From positions 40,218,088 to 40,282,087 of the forward strand of contig NC_068998.1 in the NCBI RefSeq assembly GCF_001194135.2: a DNA stretch of 64,000 nt. Reading direction: 5' to 3'. Below are positions 41,185 to 53,831 of the stretch, piece by piece. This stretch comes from Octopus bimaculoides (lineage: Eukaryota). Position 1 is the first letter of the stretch; every line of letters begins with the position of its first letter. The translations under genes were made by a program, and so were the position numbers. The notes beneath the pieces were generated by a model. The model did no database searches. It was not told where the DNA came from and worked only from the letters and a program-made list of their open reading frames with translations.

Positions 41185-41877
41185 NNNNNNNNNNNNNNNN
41201 NNNNNNNNNNNNNNNNNNNNNNNNNNNNNNNNNNNNNNNNNNNNNNNNNNNNNNNNNNNNNNNNNNNNNNNNNNNNNNNNNNNNNNNNNNNNNNNNNNNN
41301 NNNNNNNNNNNNNNNNNNNNNNNNNNNNNNNNNNNNNNNNNNNNNNNNNNNNNNNNNNNNNNNNNNNNNNNNNNNNNNNNNNNNNNNNNNNNNNNNNNNN
41401 NNNNNNNNNNNNNNNNNNNNNNNNNNNNNNNNNNNNNNNNNNNNNNNNNNNNNNNNNNNNNNNNNNNNNNNNNNNNNNNNNNNNNNNNNNNNNNNNNNNN
41501 NNNNNNNNNNNNNNNNNNNNNNNNNNNNNNNNNNNNNNNNNNNNNNNNNNNNNNNNNNNNNNNNNNNNNNNNNNNNNNNNNNNNNNNNNNNNNNNNNNNN
41601 NNNNNNNNNNNNNNNNNNNNNNNNNNNNNNNNNNNNNNNNNNNNNNNNNNNNNNNNNNNNNNNNNNNNNNNNNNNNNNNNNNNNNNNNNNNNNNNNNNNN
41701 NNNNNNNNNNNNNNNNNNNNNNNNNNNNNNNNNNNNNNNNNNNNNNNNNNNNNNNNNNNNNNNNNNNNNNNNNNNNNNNNNNNNNNNNNNNNNNNNNNNN
41801 NNNNNNNNNNNNNNNNNNNNNNNNNNNNNNNNNNNNNNNNNNNNNNNNNNNNNNNNNNNNNNNNNNNNNNNNNNNNN

Positions 41878-41930
<53 letters not shown>

Positions 41931-42689
41931 GCATGTCCACATTCTACTTTTAATTCATTTTAATTAATGAATATTTTGAGGTTATCTCCCTTATCCTTCT
42001 TGATCAAAATTAATCATTAAGCTAATGGATTTCCTCCTACACTATGTATAGAGTTTTAATTAATTAAAATTTCTTGGCTCACTACATTATTAACCATGAC
42101 TTTACTAATTGTTTTCCATTTAGAACATGTCCCTCGATATTTCCCTACCACCCAGTCATTATTCTCTATAAGTTAATGGTTGAAATTTCTTTGTGATTCC
42201 TCTTTTGGCTTCATTATAGATTCATCATTATCAACAAAAGTCTTGTCATCATTCACGATAAGTATGGCTTGGTAGCACAGACCCTGGTTTCACTAATTGT
42301 TTTAGTGTCTTTGTAGTCACAAGTAGACTTAGATATTCTCTCAACCCTCCAACCCTTCACCCTGTAAAACATTCAGAATGTGAAAACTGGAGGAAGAGAG
42401 AGCTGCATCAGCATTTGGTTGTTACACATCTTCAGCTGAGTATACTAGAGTAATGTGAAATAAAGGCCTTTGCTCAAAGGTACAATGCACTACATAATCC
42501 AGGAATAAAAGCCATGACCTTAAGATTGTAAGCTAAATATTCTAACCACTAAGCCACCCAACCTTCACTCTGCAAATAAGCACTATAAAACAATGACAGC
42601 AATAACAAAAATACTAAAGTCAATAAGACACCAATGAAAGCGGAAAATGCATGAAAAGAAAATGATAACCAACAGTACTGTTTTTATAG

Positions 42690-43760
42690 AGCCAGATCTA
42701 CTAGAACCCTATGCCACTCACCAGTTGGCTCTTGCCCTCAAGAAATTTAGTGAAAACATCAGCAAAGCTTTCAGCTATGTTTGACATAGAAATCTCCTGT
42801 CAAAACTGCTTACATATGGGTTCCTTTCATCTCTCATCTTTTGGGTTGGTGGCTACCAACCATACCATATAATTGCAGCATGTGCTGATTAAGCTATCTC
42901 TGACCCACATTCTATCAACTCTGGTGTACCCCAGGGTTCTTTTTCTTGTACATCAATGACCTACTTGCCATCGCCTTCAACAACACCCACTCTTATGCAG
43001 ACCTTAACACTCTTCATGTCTGAAACCATCTCTACCCAATCATCATCCAAATGCCATTTAGTCATAGCACCAAAACTGCACTGATTTGATGAACAGAAAT
43101 TTCAAAAACAGCTTCCAATGGGGTTATACCAATTTTATCCCTTTTAACAGCAAAACGATGTAAATACTTTACCATTATCACTTCTGCCATCCCACTAAAC
43201 ATGAACAGCATGCAACTAGAACCCTCATAATCACTTCAAATGCCAGACTTAACCATCACTGAAAATCTTTCCTGGTTAATGTACATCATTATCATAGCAA
43301 AGCCTATCTCAGAAATTGGCCATCCTTTTGAGAGCCGGAGAGTATCTCAACCCTCAACAACTGTTAATTCTCTATACATCTCAAATGAGATACACAATGG
43401 TGTACTGTTCTGATATCTGGACCAGTGCTGCTTCTGCTGCTGCTAGATACACAGACCCATCCATCTGGTACAAAGTTGCTTAGAAATGTACTCCAATCTC
43501 TGGACTACAGACATGCTGTATCTTCTCTCTGCCTTTTCTACCACTACTAGAGTAGCCTCTGCCCTTTGGAGCTGGCTGGTCTCTTGTGCTACTTCCACTT
43601 AGGCTCTTCCTAAATTCTATTATCTCACTTGTTCCCATCACTCTCATAATGAATTAATCACAATACCTAATCCTTTCTTCCCACAACATCAACTTGCTAG
43701 GATTCCCTCTGTCCACATGGTTTTCAGTAGCTGCCAACTCGCTACTGTTGAAGCAGAAGA
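42690..43760 (+). pseudogene. Decayed CR1-group (CR1/L2/Zenon-like) LINE reverse transcriptase
   Basis: ISKAFSYV*HRNLLSKLLTYGF, INSGVPQGS, FLYINDL, SYADL (YADD), LTITENLSW, QQLLILYTSQMRYTMVYCSDIW, QSLDYRHAVSSLCLFYHY. Confidence 0.9.
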
Positions 43761-43894
43761 TTGACATTATTAATCTTACCAGGTTTGGAATTCTTGCAAA
43801 AGCTAGTGGTACAGTTTCTTCTTCCAGACCAAACTAGTAAACTAAATCTCTCTCTCCTTTCTCTTCCCTCTCTTCTTTTGCTATCTTCTCTCCT

Positions 43895-44003
43895 CTCCTC
43901 TCTCTCCTTATCCCTCTCTTTTCCTTGCATTTCCTTACTAGCCTCCTCTCCTCTCTCTCCTTATCCCTCTCTTTTCCTTGCATTTCCTTACTAGCCTCCT
44001 CTC
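43895..44003. repeat. About 52-bp perfect tandem duplication
   Basis: CTCTCTCTCCTTATCCCTCTCTTTTCCTTGCATTTCCTTACTAGCCTCCTCTCC occurs twice. Confidence 0.85.
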
Positions 44004-44933
44004 CCACAAAAATACATACATGTAAGGGAGTCTTAGCAGCCATTTGATCTGCTAAAAGCAGTATCCAAATCTCTGTCCACCCTATCATCTTGAAAAAGAA
44101 AAGAACATAATGGATAATGTGATGGTCATGGCCAGAACGTCTTTTATCAATGTTCTATTCAATCAAGGGTAACCTGAGCTAAACAACACCAGCAGCTACA
44201 GCATGCACATATGATTCCACAGACATAGACTTTCAAGGAATTGACTTAAAGATTTCACTCTTTGCCAATGTTATCTTGCCCTAATCTTCCCCTTGCTATC
44301 TGTGCACTTGCTTTCTCCATGTTCATTACTGAAGAAGTCTATGGATTATCTCTTACTCTTCTCTTTTATCAAAAGTATTATTTGTAATTCATCAGGGATA
44401 ACTTCACATTAATCAGGAAATGCTACTGCCTGCTTAATTTAGCTCTTCTACTGCCATTTTACACTCGCTTTGTAGAAATCTCACAGATTTTCCATTGACT
44501 CCAAGTTGATATTTTTACTTTCTAATACACTTAAGAGATATATAAATTCCATTTGACTTTCACGACAATTTGCAAATGATTCTGACTAATGGAATTTATA
44601 TCAGTCTTTTTCTACTTTTTCTTCTTTTTGTTCCTTTACTTCTATCTCTTTGTGTTTTGTTTTGCTTGTTTTTCATATATTTCCACATATAATAATATTG
44701 ATTTTTTTTTTTGTCTTTTAGCATTATTTATTTATGCTGTAGTGGAAATGTGTCAGTGACCAGGTCTTAAGATGAAGTATAAATAGACTTCATTTGTTTT
44801 GTCTTGTATTTTCATGTATTTTGACACTCCTGTGGTACATAATGCCATCTCAAAATAAAACAAAAGTGAATATAACTATGACAGTATATATGGATTTTAA
44901 ATGGCTATCATAGCTCTTTCACTGTGTAATTGT

Positions 44934-44982
<49 letters not shown>

Positions 44983-45070
44983 TCTGATTTATAAATGGGA
45001 TGGGGAGGGATGTTTATACATACATACATGTGTGTGTGTGCGTGTAATATATGCATATATATAGAGAGAG

Positions 45071-45484
45071 GCACAGGAACAGCTGTGTGGTAAGAAGCTT
45101 ATTTCCCAACCACATGGTTCCAGGTTAAGTCCTACTGCATGGCACCTTGGGCAAGTGTCTTCTACAATAGCCTCATGTCGACCAAAGTTTTGTGAATGAA
45201 TTTGGTAGATGGAAAATGAAAGAAGCCTGTCATATCTATATGTGTGTGTGTGTGTGTCTTTGTGTCTGTGTTTTTTAACTCCTCCCCACCCGTCACTGCT
45301 TGACAACCAGTGTTGGTGTGTTTATGTCCCTGTAACTTAGCGGTTCAGCAAAAGAGACTGATAGAATAAGTACCAGGCTTAAAAAATAAGTACTGGGGTC
45401 AATTCATTCGACTAAAAAAAAATTCAAGGTGGTGCCCCAGCATGGCCACAGTCTAATGACTGAAACAAGTAAATGATAAAAGAT
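45071..45484 (+). mobile_element. Near full-length SINE family B
   Basis: tRNA-like head (GCTGTGTGGTAAGAAG...GGTTCCAGGTTAAGTCC), GCACCTTGGGCAAGTGTCTT CORE-like block, internal (GT)n, tail GGTGCCCCAGCATGGCCACAGTCTAATGACTGAAACAAGTAAA. Confidence 0.9.
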
Positions 45485-45522
45485 ATATATAGCATTAGGA
45501 AGTAAAAGATAAAAGATATATA

Positions 45523-45878
45523 TGGCATTAGGAAGGGCATCCAGCTGTAGAAACTCTGCCAGATCAGATTGGAGCCTGTTGCAACCATCTGGTTCGCCAG
45601 TCCTCAATCAAATCGTCCAACCCATGCTAGCATGGAAAGCGGACGTNNNNNNNNNNNNNNNNNNNNNNNNNNNNNNNNNNNNNNNNNNCATCATCATCAT
45701 CGTTTAATGCCCACTTTCCATGCTAGCATGGGTTGGACGATTTGACTGAAGACTGGCAAGCCAGAAGGCTGCACCAGGCTCCAATCTGATCTGGCAGAGT
45801 TTCTACAGCTGGATGCCCTTCCTAACGCCAACCACTCCGAGAGTGTAGTGGGTGCTTTTACGTGCCACCGGCACGAGG
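45523..45878. mobile_element. Tail-to-tail inverted pair of family C copies (45523-45646 plus; 45689-45878 minus)
   Basis: About 125 bp of high reverse-complement identity flanking a short gap and (CAT)n. Confidence 0.85.
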
Positions 45879-46959
45879 GCGTGTGTGTGTATGTATATCG
45901 TTTATCCTTTTATTTGAATCAGTGGATTCCATTTACTGTCTTTATTCAGAATTGTGAAGCTAAGAATAGGAATGAAGTGGAACCTCAGCCTTCAGTAACT
46001 AGTGTGTGCATGCATGTGCGCGCTCGTGTGTGTGTGTGTGTGCGTGCGTGTCTGTGTGTGTGTGTGTGTGTGTGATATGTGTATACACTATCATCATCAT
46101 TATCATCATTTTAACTTCCACTTTTCTGTACTTGCATGAGTTAGACAATTTGTTGACGCAGATTTTCTACATTCAGATAGCCTCTTTGTTACCAACCTCC
46201 ACCTGTTTTCCATGTAAAGTTAATATTTCTTCATGAGCAAACATGTTTTCTCAGGTGTGTTTTCTGTTCATTCAAAATGAATGACATTGCTTGTATGACA
46301 GTGACACTTATTTACAGCTAGCATGTGATATCAAGACAAGTACACACAAGCATACACACACTTACACTCACTCTCTCACACATACATATATACACACACA
46401 TGCTAGTACATATATACAATGGGTTCTTTCAGTTTCCATTTATCAAATTTACTCAAAAGGTTTTCATTACCCTCTACCTATTGTAGAAGACACTTGCCCT
46501 ATATATATATACACATACATACATACATACATACATACATACATACATACATACATACACACACACATATATGTGTCCTGGTTTTCAAAAAGAATTAACC
46601 ATGTTCCCTGAGCCCGATGATTGCCTGGAGGCACAATGTACATTATGTAAATCTGCTCAATTACAGTGTTTCCATGACAAGAAACTATTAGTAGCTCTTA
46701 TTTTAATATTAATATTGTGTACGTTAAATATTACATGTGTGTATGTGTATAAATATACCAAATACACTCACAAGGATTGAGTCATTTTGGGGCAATAATA
46801 GAAGACACTTCCTTAAATAGTCATGCAGTGAGATTGAACCTAAATCCATGTGGTTGTAAAGCAAACTTGTTAGTGACACAGCAATGCCTGCGCTTATATG
46901 GGTTCATATTGTTGAGGAGTGAACAAGCCCTACCTTCCCAAATACAGAAAAAGGCACAA

Positions 46960-47163
46960 GCAGTATTTCGTCTGCCGTTACATTCTGAGTTCAAATTCCT
47001 TCGAGTCAACTTTCCCTTTCATCCTTTCAGGGTCGATTAAATAAGAACCAGTTTTGCACTGGGGTCGATGTAATAAACTTAATCCCTTTGTCTGTCCTTG
47101 TTTGTTCCCTATATGTTTATCCTCCCTCCCCCCCCCCCGCCCCCGTGGGCAATAAAAAAATAA
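46960..47163 (+). mobile_element. SINE family A, alternative-tail subfamily
   Basis: Family A core followed by TTAATCCCTTTGTCTGTCCTTGTTTGTTCC...GTGGGCAATAAA, as in 10848-11085. Confidence 0.85.
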
Positions 47164-47865
47164 TTCCCTGCTAACTCGTCCTTCTGTCATCAGCACTGAT
47201 TAAGTAAGCCTAGAAATTACTTTTGTTGGGGTTACTGTATCTTTAACTATATTTACCAATGTGTCCTTTTCTGTTTTTAAAATAGTAAAGTCTATTTTTT
47301 TAAAGATATTGCTGCTATTTCTAATAGGTTGAGAGATGACATGGAGGTTCCCTGACCTAAAAATATTGGTAGCGATAAGTTTGTAAACTGGGCAAACAGG
47401 TATAAGTATCTGATATAATCATATCATGGTTTCTAATTTAGCACAAAGCCAGCAATTTTGAGAGGATTACTTGATTACATCAACTTACTATTTGACTTGT
47501 ACTTCATTTTATCAACTCAAAAAGGATGAAAGGCAAAGTTAACCTCAGTGGGATTTGAACTCAGGACATAAAGAACCAAAAGAAATACTGCAAGGCATTT
47601 TTTTCTGAACTTCTAATAATCATACCAATCCACCGCCCTGATTTGAATAGATAATAATAGTTGTAAGAGAAAGTGGCAATAAATGATTTTAATGACTGTG
47701 TGTTGGTAGGGTCTTGAAAATTCACATAAATACTTGTAGCTATACATAGTTGAGGTGTTTTATAGTAAGATGTCTGATGTTATATCCCTTGAGTAGGTGT
47801 TTTATGACAAGACATCTGATGTTATATCCTTAGGTAAAATTCTTAATTCATCTCAGATTTTCTTG

Positions 47866-47897
<32 letters not shown>

Positions 47898-47913
47898 ATA
47901 TATATATCATCAG

Positions 47914-47944
<31 letters not shown>

Positions 47945-48234
47945 TCAGAAACTTAGAGACTCGCACACATACACACACAGTATATTAGATATTTTCTATT
48001 GTGACAACCATGTGTGTGAAATCTTTATAGTTTTATTGCCATCTATGTGATATACCAAATTTTAAAATTTGGACAGTGTTATAATAGATTATGTGATATA
48101 CACAACTATATGATATTACTATAATTTCATTGACAGCTGTGTAATATATTTCATAGCACAAATATCTGTACAATGTAGTTTATGGCATTCATAAGTATGT
48201 GATCTCTCTATATTTTTGTTTGGGGACTAGATTG

Positions 48235-49040
48235 ATTATAAATCTTGCTTCATATCTTACCATTCAGTATGATGCAAGGCATTTTGCTTGCTATCTATTA
48301 TACACTAGTCAGTGGTATTCAGTTTCCAATATCAAACATACCATTCAGTATTGTATTAAAACTGCACTTTTCATTATAGTATACCATCAGTGGTATCCTG
48401 TTTATTTTTATATCATACCATTCACTGGTAATCTTTTCTTATCTATATCATACTTTCGAGCGAGATCGTTGCCAGTGCCCCTGGACTGGCTCTTGTGCGG
48501 GTGGCACATAAAATACACCAATCTGAGTGTGGCCATTGCCAGTACCGCCTGACTGGCCTTCGTGCGGGTGGCACGTAAAAGCACCCACTACACTCTCAGA
48601 GTGGTTGGCGTTAGGAAGGGCATCCAGCTGTAGAAACTCTGCCAAATCAGATTGGAGCCTGGTGTAGCCATCTGGTTTCACCAGTCCTCAGTCAAATCGT
48701 CCAACCCATGCTAGCATGGAAAGCGGACGTTAAACGACGATGATGATCATCATCATACCTTATCATTCAGTGGTGTTCTGTGTTTTCTATATCATACCAT
48801 ACCATTCAGTGATTTTTTTTTTCTTTTCTGTATCATGCAATGCCACTTAATGGTATTCTGTTGTTTTCTATATCATGCAATACCACTCAGTGGTATTTTG
48901 TTCTTTCTGTATCATACCATACCAGTCAGTGGTATTCTGTTTTTCCTATATCATAGGCTATACCATGTCATCCAGTGGTATCCTGATTCCTGTCTATACC
49001 ATACCATTCAGTTTAATTATCTTTATCTACCATACCATGA
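48235..49040. repeat. About 39-bp minisatellite with internal palindrome, interrupted by a family C insertion
   Basis: Units ATCATACCATACCA(G/T/C)TCAGTGGTATTCTGTTTTTCCTAT starting at 48791, 48832, 48872, 48911 and 48950; shorter degenerate units to the left of the insertion. Confidence 0.8.
48454..48751 (+). mobile_element. 5'-truncated family C copy with probable 7-bp TSD
   Basis: ATCATAC at 48447-48453 and 48752-48758; (GAT)n tail. Confidence 0.85.
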
Positions 49041-49100
49041 CATGCATTACTATTTGATTTACACTTATTTTCCTCCTTCTTTTCTGTTTGTTTTGGACAG

Positions 49101-49221
49101 GTCTTGGACCCTTTACAACACATCTGACCAACGGTCAAATAGCTGACCCACTGAGCCATTCCAAACAATCCGTCACAATCACTGAAATGATGTCCACTGT
49201 GGAAATTACCAGTAACGAATG
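49101..49221 (+). CDS. 121-nt internal coding exon of an unidentified host gene
   Basis: Long polypyrimidine acceptor ...TTTCTGTTTGTTTTGGACAG, donor ATG|GTAAGC, only one frame open: LGPFTTHLTNGQIADPLSHSKQSVTITEMMSTVEITSNE. Confidence 0.65.
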
Positions 49222-49337
49222 GTAAGCAGGCTATTTTGATGGTAAACACTCTGCAACTCACAACGTAGCTATAGCTAGGGCTCTAATCTTGAAGCTTTTG
49301 AACTGACATTGCATTCACTGAACTATACATGCCTTAA

Positions 49338-49559
49338 CCCTTTCGATACCAACCCACCTGAGATGGACCCTGGTTCTGTGGTACAAAATCCCTGTTTTAA
49401 AATGATCTAAATTAAAAACCTCAATCAGAATTTCTTGTTAATTTCTGTTCCTAATACCAGCTTAAAAATGACTAAGCTTTTTTACTAAATTCTTCATTAT
49501 TTTCAAAATTAATTGAAATAAAGACAGTACGTTTCAATAGAAATATGGTAATGAAAGGG
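49338..49559. mobile_element. Complete 222-bp piggyBac-type MITE
   Basis: TTAA|CCCTTTCGATACCA...TGGTAATGAAAGGG|TTAA. Confidence 0.9.
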
Positions 49560-49911
49560 TTAAGTCTCATGCCTAATTACATAACTGGTATTTTAACTTA
49601 ATAGCAGTGGAAGAGTAGAAACAGTTGCTCATTCTCTGACTCAATATCTTTAAATATTTAGCTTGATCCTTTTATGTTCTGTGTTCAGTGTTCAATGTTC
49701 TTGTGTTCAGATTTTACCTGATCTGTGATTTCTTTTGTTTCTCTAATGTTGGATAAACTAAACACCAAGCATGTATTGAGGGTGTTTTAGTTCGACTAGT
49801 CCCCTCTCCCACCACAACCCCACCTCAACTAACCCCACTTAAATAGGGCAAAGGAACATTTCTAGCTTTGTATTTATGTAGGAAATCATTATGTTTAACC
49901 TATTTTTGCAG

Positions 49912-49942
49912 TGGGTATTGCCATGGTACATTTGTAATTTGA
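49912..49942 (+). CDS. Probable terminal coding exon (CGYCHGTFVI*)
   Basis: Acceptor TTTAACCTATTTTTGCAG; phase matches the TG left by exon 49101; TGA at 49940-49942; AATAAA at 49947 and 49967. Confidence 0.45.
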
Positions 49943-50777
49943 TAAAAATAAAAAAAGAAATAATTAAATAAATGCTGCCCGTGTCATAAAAATTGAGAAA
50001 CTTGGAGAGACATGAAATAAATCATTTTTAACAGTGGAACACAAAGCAGATAAAGCTATTTCTCATGCCATTAAGCTTTTAAAGATGCAAAATGAGAAGA
50101 TAATTTGCTGAGAAGAGTACTGGCTACAACCATGTCACCTGTACATTGCAACTTAACTTTCATAAAAGTAAGCAAGATGTAAACAGACTCACAGACCCAC
50201 CCACACACATGTGCATGCACACACGCACACAGTGTATGCATACATACACTCACATATGTTTGTGTGTATTTTATATATCTATGTTTATATATATATGTGA
50301 CTCTACTCTGTACTGTTTTCTCCCCACCTCCTTCTCTAATTTCCTTATTCTCTCCTTCACCGTTTTCTCTCTGTCTCTCTCTCTCTTTTTCTCTCTCTCG
50401 TTTACATGTGACTATTGTCCATCATTCTTTTCCTCATGTGACCATTTTTCTTTTTCTCCAGGACGTCCAAAAGACTGGATGTCTTCTATCGCTCTCTTCT
50501 ATCTTTTCTCTTTTCAAAGAAAATACTTCTCCAGTGTTCACTATTTTACCCTTGTTCTGGTCTAACGACCCTCCATGTTTGTTTACATTCAGTTTCCTTG
50601 TATGTTTTCACTGTCCTATTTTTGTTCCCAACTTTGACCCTCCATAAATCCCAAAATTTTATTTTGGTATTTATGGGAGCAACTATCTTCGAAGACTCAT
50701 ACTGTTGTTGAATGCTCGAAATGAAGAGTAGATAGACGGCCGACAACTGATGAAGGGTCGTTCTTTGAGTAATAAAA

Positions 50778-51122
50778 AAAAAATTACATCAGGTGTACTG
50801 TTGGCGAATTTTAGAAAGCATGGAAGTCCTGTAGGATGTAGTGTCCTGGCAGTTAACAACTGATGCAGGTAGTTTATTCGACGCTTCAGTAATTCTGAGC
50901 ATGAAAAAATGTTTCCAAAAGTCATGAATGCTATACAGTTTTCTGATTTTGTAAGTATGTCCATGAGCGTTAGACTTAGGGAATTTAAAAAGGTACTCAA
51001 AGTTGTTGTTGAAAAGATGGTTGATAATTTTGTGGGTATCTACCAAAGCAGATGCCAGACCTTAATGCTATAATGTGTCCATGCCCAGTGATGCAAGACA
51101 TTCAGAGTATGGTAGATGCCTG

Positions 51123-51127
<5 letters not shown>
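50778..51127 (-). mobile_element. CR1 LINE ORF2 C-terminal fragment
   Basis: GIRHLPYSECLASLGMDTL...LVDTHKIINHL...AHGHTYKIRK...DFWKHFFMLRITEASNKLPASVV, matching CR1 LPYEERL / TRGH / RKHFFSxRVVxxWNxLP motifs. Confidence 0.9.
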
Positions 51128-51179
<52 letters not shown>

Positions 51180-52541
51180 ATCTCCTGGAAACTGTTTAGA
51201 ATCATGCAACCAGACAAATACCCACCATCAGCAGAGATAATATCAGTGTGTTCACACAACGTACTTCGTGAGATACAAACATCCTCTCAATGACACCTTT
51301 CAACCTCTCGTCTCAACCTATACGCTACTTTCTCTCAACAACATCCATATATTTAGTGCATTATGGTATTTGTTCCAACTCTTTGTGCTCTGAATTCCAA
51401 CCCTACTGGGGTCAACTTTACCTTTCATCATTTCAGGGTCGAATGGTGAAATAGCAGTGCTATGAAAACATCATTCCAGATACCTCTGTGCAAGTAAATA
51501 TCAATGTTACATTGAGTTTGAACAGCAGAATAAATTATGTGGCTGTGAAAAAGAGAACTTTAGCGTTTTAGACAGAGCTTTCTATTAGAGACAAGTGGAT
51601 TGTTTACGTAAAAACGTTTAATTTCTCTCCAAAGAATCCTGCCCTAAACATTCATTGTCTCCTACTCATGACAAAATAATTTATTCCACTTTACACACCT
51701 TTTGGATTCACTGTTTACCAAGGCAGACCGCCACTAGTTTCCTTTGATCCTGTTGTTTAACCTCAGTGTTACACTGAGTTGATGTTTCTTTTGATGATAC
51801 ATAATGTCTAGAGGGAGACTCCACATGGTTGCTTGACTTATTAGAAATAGTATCTAAATCTTTTTCAAGTCAACAAACACATCTTTAAAAAATGGAAGAG
51901 ACACATTAAACAATGTAATCTTAGATATGCTTAAAAAGACAGGGTGATTGGTCAAGGCTGGAATGTCTTTGATCATAGTTCTGCTTGATTAGGTTTGATG
52001 TAGGCTAAACAACAACAACAACACCAACAACAATAACACCACCACCAACAACAACAACAACAGCAACGCTGTACAACTATTGTAGAGATGATAATAGCCT
52101 GCAATTTAAGTCTGAAAGCAGGGTTTGATTCTTGTTTATAGCTGTTTCACTTTGTTCAGGGTGTTAATGCCATTGAAAAAGACTTGATCTTCTCGTAATC
52201 TCATTTCTCTTTCTGTATAACTTTATTGCCTTTAGCCTGCCAAAGAAATCAATATGAATTAGGGCATATTCAGTACTTATTCAAGTGTTATAATGGGGTC
52301 GTGGAAACAAGCAAATTAAATAAATTAATGTAACCTCACCTGTAAATTATTGCTAAGAATTGTTCATGGCTAAGGATGGGTGTTGGGATGAGTGTATGGG
52401 TGTGAAATTGATGGGGCCAGCGTAGAAAGACAGTTGTGAGTAACAAGAAAAGGACAGAATAAAAGTATAGAAGAGAAAGTGAGAAAAGATAGAGAAAAAC
52501 AGAGAGAGAGGAAAGAATGAAAGGGCTAGAAAGAGATGAGC

Positions 52542-52898
52542 TAAATATAGATATATTCTTTTCTACTGTAGGCACAAGGCCCGAAATTTTGGGGGAGGAG
52601 GCCAGTCGATTGGATCAACCCCAGTATGCACCTGGTACTTGATTTATTGACCCCTAAGGGGTGAAAGGCAAAGTCAACCTTGGCGGAATTTGAACTCAGA
52701 ACATAAAGACATAAATATAGATATATTCTTTCCTACTCTAGGCACAAGGCCTGAAACTTTGGGAGAAGGGGCCAGTCGATTAGATTGACCCCAGTATGCA
52801 ACTGGTACTTAATTTATCAACCCCTAAGGGATGAAAGGCAAAGTCGACCTTGGCGAAATTTGAACTCAGAATGTAAAGACATAAATATAGACATATTC
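52542..52898 (-). mobile_element. Tandem dimer (170-bp period) of a 5'-truncated family A SINE
   Basis: TAAATATAGA(T/C)ATATTC at 52542, 52712 and 52882; both units are truncated at the same base. Confidence 0.9.
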
Positions 52899-53201
52899 AT
52901 AGACAAATAGATAGATGTATAAATCAATAAAAAGACTGGCAGATACATTGCTGTTGTTGTTATTGTTCAGTCCAAAACCATGTCTATCCCGTCTTTTTTC
53001 AGTAATGGTGTACCCTTGGAGTATTCCATTATGTAATTTGTCCTATTCTTTAGCATTCTGTTTCAGGAGATTTGGCTGCTGTTTCTAACAGGTCAGATGA
53101 ACATGTAAAGGTTCCATCATTGGCTCATAGTAGATACGTTACCATGCTAGCATATAGATAGACATAGACATAGAATACAGACATTCAGATTGATAAAAGA
53201 A

Positions 53202-53252
<51 letters not shown>

Positions 53253-53794
53253 CATTAAAAAGTGTAGACTGTCAGACAGACAGATGCACGCAGAAACAGA
53301 GAAAAAGATTGTGTGTGTGTGTGTGTGTGTATTAGACAGGAATAGAAGAAGAGACATTGGTAACACATAAATAGACTGATAGGCAGAGTGTTTGTGCAGT
53401 ACTTGATATCATGTGTGTATATGTGTCTATATACAAGTGTGAGTGCTTGCCAATGTTATGTGTCATTGCTCAATTCATATGACTAACATTGTGCAGCCAA
53501 AAGCAAAGTGCAGATGTAAATGCTGGTCATGGCTGCAGCAGATAATCTGTGTACACTGCACACATCACTACTGCTGTCCTGCCTCCTAGCATCATTTGAA
53601 TGCCGATGTGTTTCAGTGTATGTGAACACACACACACACACACACACACACACGTATATTTACATGCAGACATGTATTCACACACATACATGCACGTGTG
53701 TGTGTGTTTATCTTTTATTTGTTACATTCATTAGACTGTAGCCATGCTGGGGCACTGCTTTGAAGAATTTTATTTTAATGAACTTCAGTACTTT

Positions 53795-53830
<36 letters not shown>

Positions 53831-53831
<1 letters not shown>

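Noticed and set aside
39299-41967. Long ORFs (290-404 aa) in the track
   Set aside because: They consist almost entirely of N gaps and dinucleotide repeats.
44475-44503. Exon candidate NLTDFPLTP after a strong acceptor, phase-compatible with 49101
   Set aside because: The donor GTTGAT is weak and there is no independent support.
50715-50775. CGAAA...CTGATGA, hammerhead-ribozyme-like core as in Penelope-type repeats
   Set aside because: I could not build stems I and III or a downstream GAAA; at most a decayed remnant. An Infernal or RNAMotif search would settle it.
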